Below are positions 24,845 through 33,033 of a stretch of DNA of 64,000 nucleotides, piece by piece. The translations under genes and the position numbers were made by a program. The DNA comes from Planctomycetota bacterium (lineage in GTDB: Bacteria > Planctomycetota > UBA1135 > UBA2386), in NCBI GenBank assembly GCA_947501605.1, contig CANMWZ010000019.1, forward strand, positions 25,279-89,278, read 5' to 3'. How positions within the stretch are numbered: the first letter of the stretch is position 1; every line of letters begins with the position of its first letter. The notes beneath the pieces were generated by a model. The model did no database searches and had not been told where the DNA came from. It worked only from the letters and a program-made list of their open reading frames with translations.

Positions 24845-26473
24845 ATGCGCCGCTGCCTGCTACTGCTCACCGCCTTCACCATCCGTGTCGTAGCCCAGGA
24901 TCCGTCGCCAAAGCCACAGCCCGCGACCCTCGTGCCAACAGCCGGCACGGAGACTCGCGCCGCCGCCGCCGGCTGGGGCACTGGCTCCTGGCGCAACCAG
25001 CACGAGCAGTGCGTGCAGCTCGCCAATCGCGGCGGCATCGACCTCGTACTCCTCGGCGACTCGATCACGCAGAGTTGGGGCGGCCCCACTCGCGACGTGA
25101 CCAACACGGCGGGCGAGAACCTGGCCGCGCACTTCTCTGGGCTGCGCACCGCCAACATGGGCATCAGCGGCGACCGCACGCAGCACGTGCTCTGGCGCGT
25201 ACAGAACGGCACCGTGTCTGGCCTGCACCCACGCTGGCTGGTGCTTGCGATCGGCACCAACAACCTGAGTGCCGGGGATGCCCCGGCCGACATCGCGCGC
25301 GGCACCGTCGCCATCGTCACCGAACTGCGAACGCGCCTACCGCACACGCACGTGCTCGTACAGACGCCGTTTCCGCGCGGACGCGAGCCGAACGACCCGC
25401 TTCGCCAACGGAGTCGCGAACTCAGCAGCTCGCTGCTCGCCAGCAGTTGGCCCGCAGACGTCAGCTTGCTCGATCCCGCGACGACGTTCTGCCTTGCAGA
25501 CGGCACGCTCGACGACCGACTCTTCGCCGCGGACTTCCTGCACCTGCAAGAGCGCGGGTACGACGCCTGGGGCCGTTACCTGCGCGCCGCGATCGATGCG
25601 CTCGAACCAACGCGCGTCCGCCACGTGGTCTTCGTCGCCGGCGATGAAGAGTACCGCAGCGAGGAGACGCTGCCGCTGCTGGCGCAGATCGCGCAACGCG
25701 AACTCAGCATCCGAACCACGGTGTGCCTGCCACGTGCAACCGACGGGACGATTGATCCCGAGCGACCAGACCACATCGACGACCTCGCCGCTCTCGACTC
25801 GGCGGATCTGATGGTGTTGTTCACCCGCTTCCGCGCGCTTCCCGACGAAGAACTGCGACCCATCCAGGCCCACCTCGAACTCGGGCGCGCCGCCGTCGGG
25901 TTTCGCACCGCAACCCACGCCTTCCGCTATGCAGCGGACTCACCGCACGTGGCGATGAACGACGAGTGGCCGCGCAAGCACTTTGGCCAGCGCTGGATCT
26001 CGCATCATGGGCACTTCGACGACGGCAAGGCGCCGCTCACCGACGTCGTGCTCGCCGCGGAGTCGACGGCGCATCCGATCCTGCGCGGCATGCTGCCGTT
26101 TGCGGCGTGGTCGTGGCTCTATCACGTGCAAGGCGGCGGCGACGAACTCCTGGACGTGCAGGACGTGCTCCTGCGCGGCACCCCGCGCCGGTCTGGCCTC
26201 GCGGACGAAGCGCGCTTTCCGCGTGTGCAACCGGTCGCCTGGACGCGCTCGGTACGACGGCACGACGGCTTGGAACAGCGGGTGTTCTTCACCACGCTGG
26301 GGCACCCGTTCGATTTTCGCGAAGCACTGATGCGCCGCCTGGCCCTGCAGGGCATCGCCTGGACGCTCCACCGCGAAGACGCGATCCCGCCGAGCGGCAT
26401 CGACGCCAGCCTGCAAACGGTGTTTCTACCGTCGAACTCGGGCATCGGTGGCCACCTCAAAGGACGTCGCTGA
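24845..26473 (+). CDS. Secreted SGNH/GDSL esterase fused to ThuA-like domain
   Basis: Signal peptide at ATG 24845; GDSIT, GISGDRT, IGTNN, DFLH; then VFVAGDEEYRSEE, GFRTATHAF, RVFFTTLGH. Confidence 0.87.
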   Translation: MRRCLLLLTAFTIRVVAQDPSPKPQPATLVPTAGTETRAAAAGWGTGSWRNQHEQCVQLANRGGIDLVLLGDSITQSWGGPTRDVTNTAGENLAAHFSGLRTANMGISGDRTQHVLWRVQNGTVSGLHPRWLVLAIGTNNLSAGDAPADIARGTVAIVTELRTRLPHTHVLVQTPFPRGREPNDPLRQRSRELSSSLLASSWPADVSLLDPATTFCLADGTLDDRLFAADFLHLQERGYDAWGRYLRAAIDALEPTRVRHVVFVAGDEEYRSEETLPLLAQIAQRELSIRTTVCLPRATDGTIDPERPDHIDDLAALDSADLMVLFTRFRALPDEELRPIQAHLELGRAAVGFRTATHAFRYAADSPHVAMNDEWPRKHFGQRWISHHGHFDDGKAPLTDVVLAAESTAHPILRGMLPFAAWSWLYHVQGGGDELLDVQDVLLRGTPRRSGLADEARFPRVQPVAWTRSVRRHDGLEQRVFFTTLGHPFDFREALMRRLALQGIAWTLHREDAIPPSGIDASLQTVFLPSNSGIGGHLKGRR

Positions 26474-26597
26474 AGCAGAGGCGGCATCGTGCAGTCGAGT
26501 GCGGTGCGCGCAGCCAGAATGGGGTGCGTCGCGACACGAAAGCCGTGCTGCCGGCAAGCGACCCTTGCCGACCGCGGGGCTGGACCCTCGCCGCGGC

Positions 26598-27614
26598 TCA
26601 GCCCTTGGTGCGCGCAGCCTCCGTCGCCGCGGGCGGCGCGTTCGCTTCGTCGCGCGCCGCGACCAGTTCCCCCATCGCCGCGCCGAGCGCCATGCCGATG
26701 CGGAGATAGCTCTCACCGCTGCCAAACCAGTGATGGCCGTGGCTTTGGTTGGGGCACTCCTCGGGCTTCTTCAGGAATGCGCGCGTCGGCACGAAGCGCG
26801 CACCCACAGCGACCCTTGCATCCTCGCACCCCTGCTTCTGCCCCGAACGCAGCGCCTCGCTGCCGTGGTTGCCGGTCTCGCCGCAGACGAAGGGCAGCGT
26901 CGAGTCGCCAAACTCCCGCCGCAGGTCCGCGATCAGGTGCACGAGGTTCTGGCCATACTCCTTGGCCATGGCGTCGTCACAGCCATCGTTCCACCCTTGA
27001 AACCACAGCACGCCGTCGAGCTTGGGTTGGTGCTGCGCGAGGGCGGGGAAGTCCTTGGCGATCGCCGCGATAGCGAGGTGGTACTCATTCTGCATGCGCA
27101 GGTAGAACGGCCCCGTGTCGCCCTCGGCGCTCGGCGGCCGAAAGTCGCGCGCGAGGCTCTTGCCGCCCCAGGCGGTCTTGATCAGCAGCACGGGCTCGCG
27201 AAAGCGCTCGCCGAGTTGCTGGCCGATGCCGAGTTCCGGGCCGAAGTGGTGGGCGTCGTCGTAGACGGCGAAGCCGACCGTCAGCGCGCCCGCCTTCTTT
27301 GCGCCGTTCGCCGGTAGATACGACACGAACACGTCGTCGCGAACGGCCCACTTGCCCGCCTCGTCGCGCAATCCAGCCCACTGTCCGTCCGCCTTGTTGG
27401 CGTCGAGGAAGTGCTTCAGCGTGCCCTTGCCGCCGTTGTAGTCACGCTCGTCGTCGAGGTCGACGACGCCGTGGCCTTCCATGTTGGACTGCCCAGCCAG
27501 CAGAAACACGCGCAGGACGGGCTTCGGCGTCGGCGCGGGCGCAGCAGCCTGAGCCAGGAGCGAGCACGTTGCGAGCGCGAGCGGAACGACGGCAGCGGCA
27601 AGAGTTGGCAGCAT
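26598..27614 (-). CDS. Sialate O-acetylesterase / carbohydrate acetylesterase (SASA, DUF303)
   Basis: Signal peptide, FLLAGQSNMEG, FGPELG, IKTAWGG, WFQGWND, HHW. Confidence 0.9.
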   Translation of the reverse strand: MLPTLAAAVVPLALATCSLLAQAAAPAPTPKPVLRVFLLAGQSNMEGHGVVDLDDERDYNGGKGTLKHFLDANKADGQWAGLRDEAGKWAVRDDVFVSYLPANGAKKAGALTVGFAVYDDAHHFGPELGIGQQLGERFREPVLLIKTAWGGKSLARDFRPPSAEGDTGPFYLRMQNEYHLAIAAIAKDFPALAQHQPKLDGVLWFQGWNDGCDDAMAKEYGQNLVHLIADLRREFGDSTLPFVCGETGNHGSEALRSGQKQGCEDARVAVGARFVPTRAFLKKPEECPNQSHGHHWFGSGESYLRIGMALGAAMGELVAARDEANAPPAATEAARTKG

Positions 27615-27789
27615 CGCCGGATCCTAGTCGACGCCACGGCAGGCGCGGCATCGCGGCGCTGCGGTCGCCGGGCACTACGGTCTTGAAGGCACTTCGTCGC
27701 GGGTTCTGGCGGACGCCGCAAGGGAGCGAGCGCCAAGCCGGCCCGACCTCGACAGTGCCGGCGCCGGCGAGCACCGGCTCGACGGACCG

Positions 27790-28185
27790 TCAGAGCTTGC
27801 GCTCGCGGGGAGTCTCGGTTGCTGGAATGAGCGGCGTCGGCAAGTCGAGACTCTTGGCTTCCTTCAGCAAGTCGCGGGCATTCTTGGCCGACTGCGTGCC
27901 GCTGGCGAGCGGCAAGCGCTCGGCCGGCATCGCGCTCACCTTGCGGATGCGGGCCCAGACACCACAGCCGGCGTTGGCATCGAGCGCGCCGATGTCGGTG
28001 ACCTTTGGGTGGCCCTTCAGCAGGTCGCGCGCGAGCTTGGCCAGGATGCCGGCACCGCGGCCGTGCACGATCTCGATGCGCAGATTGCCCTGCGCTTGCG
28101 CCGTGTCGATGAGGCGCAGGATGGCCGCGGTGGCGCGCTGGGAGTCGAGACCGTGGAGATCGATGCGAGCGTTCGGACTAGTCAT
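27790..28185 (-). CDS. Stand-alone Smr/MutS2 domain protein
   Basis: IDLHG, IVHGRG.G.L, L..HP.V, NAG motifs; start at ATG 28185. Confidence 0.82.
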   Translation of the reverse strand: MTSPNARIDLHGLDSQRATAAILRLIDTAQAQGNLRIEIVHGRGAGILAKLARDLLKGHPKVTDIGALDANAGCGVWARIRKVSAMPAERLPLASGTQSAKNARDLLKEAKSLDLPTPLIPATETPRERKL

Positions 28186-28246
28186 CACGGAGCCTCGGAA
28201 GCGCCGCAGGGTGTCACGAACGACCGCCGACGTCAACTCGGCAGCC

Positions 28247-29377
28247 TCAGGCCGGCAACAGCGGCTGCAAGGCGGCGAGCACCTTGTCGGCCTGCCGCAT
28301 CATGCCGAGGTCGTTGGGATGCGAGCCGTCGGTTGTGCCTTCGCCATCGGTGCCCAGCAGGTCGGCGCCATCGAGCAGGTGTAGTCCCTTGACGCCATCG
28401 CGCACCATCGCCGCGACCGCGGCGCGCAAGGCGGCGCGGCGCCGTTGATGCTCGCGCGCGCGGGTCTCGTCACACCAGGCATTGGCAAACGTGCGATCTT
28501 CGACGAGCAGGATTGGCGTGTCCTTGCGGGCCAGACGCAGTTGCCGCACCAGCGGCTCGGTGCGTTCGGCGACCTGTTCTGTGCTCATGTTGGGCAGGCA
28601 GTCGACGACGAACACCTCGGGATCGAGTTCGACGAGGAACTGCACCACTTCGCGCTCCATGCGCCCGTTGCCGGCGAAGCCGAAGTTGAACACTTCGCGA
28701 TCGAGGGTGCGCCCGACAATCGCGGGCCACGCCATGCCCGGCCGCGACGCCGAGGCGCCGTGCAGAATCGACGTGCCGTAGCAGACGATCGAACGACCTG
28801 CCGTCGAACGCCGCGGCAGCGGCAACAGGTCAAAGCCCTCGCCGACGCCGAGTTCGAGCTTGTCGACGCCGTTGTAGAGCGGCAGGTAGAGCTGGAACGA
28901 CCGTGGCTCGGCGCGCGTCGGCAGACCCTGGACCAGTTGCATCTCCACGACCTGCCCCGCCGGTCGGGACACCTGCATCCACCGCCAACGCGCGCCATCA
29001 AGACCGTAGAGATCGACCCCGCTGACGCCAGTCGCCGGCATGTGGGCCAAGTCGATGCGCGCGCTGGTCAGACGGTAGCGAACGTGGATCTCGGGACTCG
29101 CGGTCGCAAAGCGGACGACCATGCCAGCGCTGTGGCGCGATAGGTCCCACACCTCGCTGCGCACGACGGCCTCGGCTCCGAGCGGCAAGCGGTCGTAGGG
29201 CGCTTTGCGAGCCGCGAAGGCGCGGCCTTCGATGGGGAAGTCGGCGACATCGATCCACGTTGGCGGCGGCGAGCACGGAGCAACAGGAGTCGGTCCAGCG
29301 GCAGCGCTCGAGGGCAACCGCAGGCTCGCCGTCGCCAAAGCGGTGCCGAGGAAGGAACGACGCGAGAGGAAGGGCAT
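28247..29377 (-). CDS. Tat-exported SGNH hydrolase with N-terminal GxDLY domain
   Basis: SRRSFLG Tat motif, SGVDLY, YGTSI.HG, NFGFAGNG, DGSHPNDLG. Confidence 0.9.
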   Translation of the reverse strand: MPFLSRRSFLGTALATASLRLPSSAAAGPTPVAPCSPPPTWIDVADFPIEGRAFAARKAPYDRLPLGAEAVVRSEVWDLSRHSAGMVVRFATASPEIHVRYRLTSARIDLAHMPATGVSGVDLYGLDGARWRWMQVSRPAGQVVEMQLVQGLPTRAEPRSFQLYLPLYNGVDKLELGVGEGFDLLPLPRRSTAGRSIVCYGTSILHGASASRPGMAWPAIVGRTLDREVFNFGFAGNGRMEREVVQFLVELDPEVFVVDCLPNMSTEQVAERTEPLVRQLRLARKDTPILLVEDRTFANAWCDETRAREHQRRRAALRAAVAAMVRDGVKGLHLLDGADLLGTDGEGTTDGSHPNDLGMMRQADKVLAALQPLLPA

Positions 29378-29486
29378 CGGCGCGAAGATACCCCTTCGAC
29401 TGAGCCTGACAGCAATCACCAGCACCAACGCTGTCGCGTTCATTCTCGGGCAGTTCGAGGGCAAGCGAACCGCGTCGTCGTCCGCG

Positions 29487-29933
29487 CTACTTGAGCCGCG
29501 ACAGTCGCGCTGCGACCTCGCGCCCGTCCTTGCTCACGAGTTCTCCGTCCTCGTAGAGCCACAGCGTCGGCAGCTGGCGGATGCCGTACTGCAGCGCTAC
29601 CGGCGACTGCCAGTCGCCGACATCGACGCGGCGGAGTTTGACCTGCGGATGCTGTTCAGCGAGCGCCGCCAACTGCGGGCCCAGGATCTTGCACGCGGGT
29701 CAAAACTCGGCGGTGAACTCCACGATCAACAGGCCCGAGGACGTCACGTAGGACTCGACGTTCACGCGCTCGCCGGTCGAGATCGTCGCGACCTCTTCGG
29801 CGGCCATGAGCGCGGCCGCACGGGCGCGCTTGGGCTTGCTGTTCTGGTGATGGACGACGAAAGCGACCGATCCGAGCATCAGCATGACCACCGCCGCGAT
29901 TGCGACCTTCAACATGGGCAGTCGATCGGCCAT
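29487..29933 (-). CDS. Membrane-anchored thioredoxin-like protein, probable selenoprotein (in-frame TGA at 29700-29702 read as Sec, UxxC)
   Basis: Joins ORFs 29700..29933 and 29487..29672 in one frame: IVEFTAEF-TGA-PACKILGPQL...VDV...A.QYGIRQLPTL. Confidence 0.85.
29661..29682 (-). promoter_or_regulatory. Putative bacterial SECIS hairpin
   Basis: GGGCCCGC-AGUUG-GCGG(C)GCUC stem-loop starting 18 nt after the UGA, GU in apical loop. Confidence 0.55.
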
Positions 29934-30348
29934 TCGGTGGTCGGGCTGGAGCCACAGGTCCTGCGACGGGTGGCGCCGTACCGCCGACCAACCCAGATCG
30001 GTCCGTCGGCAGCAGGCGACCGGCCGCGCCTTCGGTCACTGGCATCGTGCGCGTGGCGCCTTGCAGCTCGGGGCGCGTGGGGGCGCAGCGATCGAGTCGC
30101 ACCGCCTCGTACTGGTCCTGCGGCCCCCCCTCCAGCGTCCGCGCCGATGCTCGCAGTAGCGCAACAAGACGGACTGGATCAGCACGTCCGTAGCACGAGC
30201 GCAGGAAGGTCGATCGCCACCGCGCCCAGCGCGGCGGGACTCTTGCCGATGGCCACGAACGGCGCGTCGTCGACGGCTTGCACCTGCAGCTGCCTCTAGG
30301 TCGACAACGGCGGACCGCCGTGGTTGGATGCTGGAGCGAACGCCGCCC

Positions 30349-31101
30349 ATGACGCCTCCAGACCACGACCCCAGGAGCGTCACCCACGGCGAGGCGGCGC
30401 TCGGGCCGACAGTGCGCGGTTACGACCGCATCCGTACGGTGGCCAGCTTTGACGAGTTGCTCGACACGCCGCTCACGGAGCCGGTCAACGCGGTTTGCTG
30501 GCAGCGCCAACTCGATGGCGACTTCGCCGAAGTCGTTCGCCTGCTGGCAGCGCGCGATGGTGTCACCACCATCGACGAAGACCTCCTTCGTGCATTGCCG
30601 CTGGGCAAGGCTGGCCAACTCGCGGCCGCGACTTTGATTGCCGACCTTGCGCAGTTGCGAGCGCGTGGCCACGAGCCGGTGCTCGAGTGCATTCGTGGCT
30701 ACCCGCGCGACGACGACAGCCCCTTGCCGACCGACGTCTACTCGTTCCACGTCGACAGTGCGACGGTGCCGACCGACACCATCCTCTGCAGCTACACCGC
30801 ACCGGCGAGCGAAGGGCTGCGCAACGACGAAGCCCAGCGACAGATCGACGTGCCGGCGGTCCGCGCCCGCTTGCTCGCACACTTCGGCGGCCGCGACGAC
30901 GCGGAGTTCGTCGCCTACGTGCGCGCGAACTTCTTCGACCTGCACTACGCAGCGCGTGCCGGCACGCGGCCATTCTCGTTTGGCGTCGGCAACCTATGGC
31001 GCCTTGCGGTAGCGCATCCGCTCGCCGCCGTTGTGCCGTGCATTCATCGCGCTCCGAGCACGGCACCGGCGGCACTGCCGCGCTTGCTCCTCATCAGCTG
31101 A
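30349..31101 (+). CDS. DUF1826-like protein
   Basis: NAVCWQRQL.GDF, TDVYSFHVD, LCSY, CIHRAP; alternative start 30328. Confidence 0.75.
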   Translation: MTPPDHDPRSVTHGEAALGPTVRGYDRIRTVASFDELLDTPLTEPVNAVCWQRQLDGDFAEVVRLLAARDGVTTIDEDLLRALPLGKAGQLAAATLIADLAQLRARGHEPVLECIRGYPRDDDSPLPTDVYSFHVDSATVPTDTILCSYTAPASEGLRNDEAQRQIDVPAVRARLLAHFGGRDDAEFVAYVRANFFDLHYAARAGTRPFSFGVGNLWRLAVAHPLAAVVPCIHRAPSTAPAALPRLLLIS

Positions 31102-31218
31102 CGGCCGCCGCGGCTCGTCGCCGCCGTCCGCAGTGCGACGCTCGCGTGGTCGAATCGACCGATTGGATGGCAGCGGAAGGCCGCGTTCATCACAGTCGGC
31201 GGAGTCTTGGCAGTCGCT

Positions 31219-31896
31219 CTACTGCAGCGGCAGAAGGTCGAGCTTGCGGAACTCGCACGCCGCCCCTTCAGCTTGGATCGCGATCTGACCGTGATCCGCG
31301 GTGCAGTCGGCACCGTCATTGACCACCGTGCCGTTGACCAAGACACGAATCCCGCGACCGCGGCACTCGATGACCATCGTGTTCCACTCGCCGAGCGGCT
31401 TCTCGGCGCCGTCGGTCAGGTTCTTGATGCGCCGCGCCCGATCGCCGTCGGTGCCCCAGCGGTCTCTCGGTCCGCGACGCGCTTCCATGTCGGGCACCGC
31501 GATGTCTTCGCCGATGCACCAGAAGTCGCCGGCATTGCCTTCGTGCAACTGCACCTCGATCGACTGCGGAAACATGTCGTAGAGCCGGCGCGGCACCGAA
31601 CTGTGCACGAGCACGCCGCAGTTGCCGGGCGCGCCTGGCCAACGCCATTCGAGCGTCAGGCGGTAGTCGCGGTACGACGCATCGGTGATCAGATGTCCTT
31701 CGGGTTCGCCTTGGCTCACGAGGATGCCGTCCTTGACGACGAACGATGGCGCCGCGCCGCCGCCGTCATTCGCCGGCACGTCGGCATGCCAGCCGGCGAG
31801 ATCGATGCCGTTGCACAACGGCCGCGGGGAGGCCTGGCAGGCAACAGCAATCGCAACGATGGGGAGCAGCACGGCGCGAGCGAGACGACGACGCAT
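31219..31896 (-). CDS. DUF1080 (3-keto-disaccharide hydrolase family) lipoprotein
   Basis: Lipobox AVAC, L.GW, GNCGVL, SIEVQL, GEWN, GQIAIQAEG..EFR. Confidence 0.88.
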   Translation of the reverse strand: MRRRLARAVLLPIVAIAVACQASPRPLCNGIDLAGWHADVPANDGGGAAPSFVVKDGILVSQGEPEGHLITDASYRDYRLTLEWRWPGAPGNCGVLVHSSVPRRLYDMFPQSIEVQLHEGNAGDFWCIGEDIAVPDMEARRGPRDRWGTDGDRARRIKNLTDGAEKPLGEWNTMVIECRGRGIRVLVNGTVVNDGADCTADHGQIAIQAEGAACEFRKLDLLPLQ

Positions 31897-32031
31897 GGTC
31901 GCATCATGGCACGCGAGGATTCTCGCGCCAGCCGGCGCCGCGATCCCAACGACGCGCACGATCGCCGGGCACGGGCGAGCTACGGGCCAAGGGATCGCCG
32001 CCGCCTCGGCGTAGACTGCGCAGCCGCCACG

Positions 32032-32988
32032 ATGAGCATCCTCGCGCACATCGGCAACACGCCGCTGGTCCTACTCCGCACGCTCTCAATGGGCTTGCCG
32101 TTCCCGGTTCTTGCCAAGTGCGAGCACCTGAACCCCGGCGGCTCGATCAAGGACCGCATCGCGCTCGCGATCGTCGATGACGCCGAAGGCCGCTCGCTGC
32201 TGCGCAAAGGCGACACGATCATCGAAGCGACGGCGGGCAATACCGGCGTGGGTCTCGCTCTCGTCGCTGCCGTACGCGGCTACCACTTGGTCTGCGTGAT
32301 GCCCGCCAAGATGTCGCTCGACAAGCGCGTGGCGCTGACGGCACTCGGGGCCCGCGTCATCATCACGGACAATGCGCCGCCGACGAGCCCGCTCAACTTC
32401 CAAGTCGTCGCCCGGCGCCTCGCCATCGAGCACGGTTGGTTTCTCGCCGACCAGTTCGCCAATCCCGCCAATGTGCGGGCCCACGAGACGACGACGGCCG
32501 AGGAGATCCTGCAGCAGGTCGGCGGCCCGATCGGCGCCTTCGTCAGCGGCGCCGGCACCGGCGGTACCCTAAGCGGCGTCGGCCGACGGCTCAAGGCCAC
32601 CGACCCGCGCGTGCGCATCGTCGTGGCCGACCCGATCGGCTCGAGCCTCGCGCACTGGCTCGAGACCGGAGAGCTCGGCCCCGATGGCAGCTACGAGCTC
32701 GAAGGCATCGGCGCCAGCAAGGTGCCGGAGAACCTGCATCGCGAAGTACTCGACGCCGCCGAGCGAGTGACCGACGCCGAGAGCTTTGCCATGGTGCAAC
32801 GGCTGGTGCGCGAGGAGGGGATGCTCGTCGGCGGCTCGGCGGGCGCCAACGTCGCGGCCGCGCTGCGGGTCGCGGCGCGCGGCGGTCTCTGCGGCCCCGT
32901 GGTCACGGTGCTGTGCGACAGCTGGGATCGATATCGAGGCAAGCCGTGGATGCAGGGCTGGGACGAGCGGCGATCAACGAGTTCTTGA
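32032..32988 (+). CDS. PLP-dependent cysteine synthase / cystathionine beta-synthase family
   Basis: IGNTPLV, KCEHLNPGGSIKDR, EATAGNTG, GAGTGGT, EGIG; start ATG 32032. Confidence 0.92.
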   Translation: MSILAHIGNTPLVLLRTLSMGLPFPVLAKCEHLNPGGSIKDRIALAIVDDAEGRSLLRKGDTIIEATAGNTGVGLALVAAVRGYHLVCVMPAKMSLDKRVALTALGARVIITDNAPPTSPLNFQVVARRLAIEHGWFLADQFANPANVRAHETTTAEEILQQVGGPIGAFVSGAGTGGTLSGVGRRLKATDPRVRIVVADPIGSSLAHWLETGELGPDGSYELEGIGASKVPENLHREVLDAAERVTDAESFAMVQRLVREEGMLVGGSAGANVAAALRVAARGGLCGPVVTVLCDSWDRYRGKPWMQGWDERRSTSS

Positions 32989-33033
32989 GCTTGGTCGCCA
33001 CGCCGCGCTGTCCGCAGAGTGACTCGCGCTGCA

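Noticed and set aside
29487..29933. Thioredoxin as simple pseudogene or genome-wide UGA reassignment
   Set aside because: The only lesion is exactly at the catalytic Cys codon, and many neighbouring genes end normally in TGA; pseudogene not fully excluded without sel genes
30179..30184. TGC-TGA (Cys-Sec) on minus strand as a second selenoprotein
   Set aside because: No recognisable redox fold or start around it
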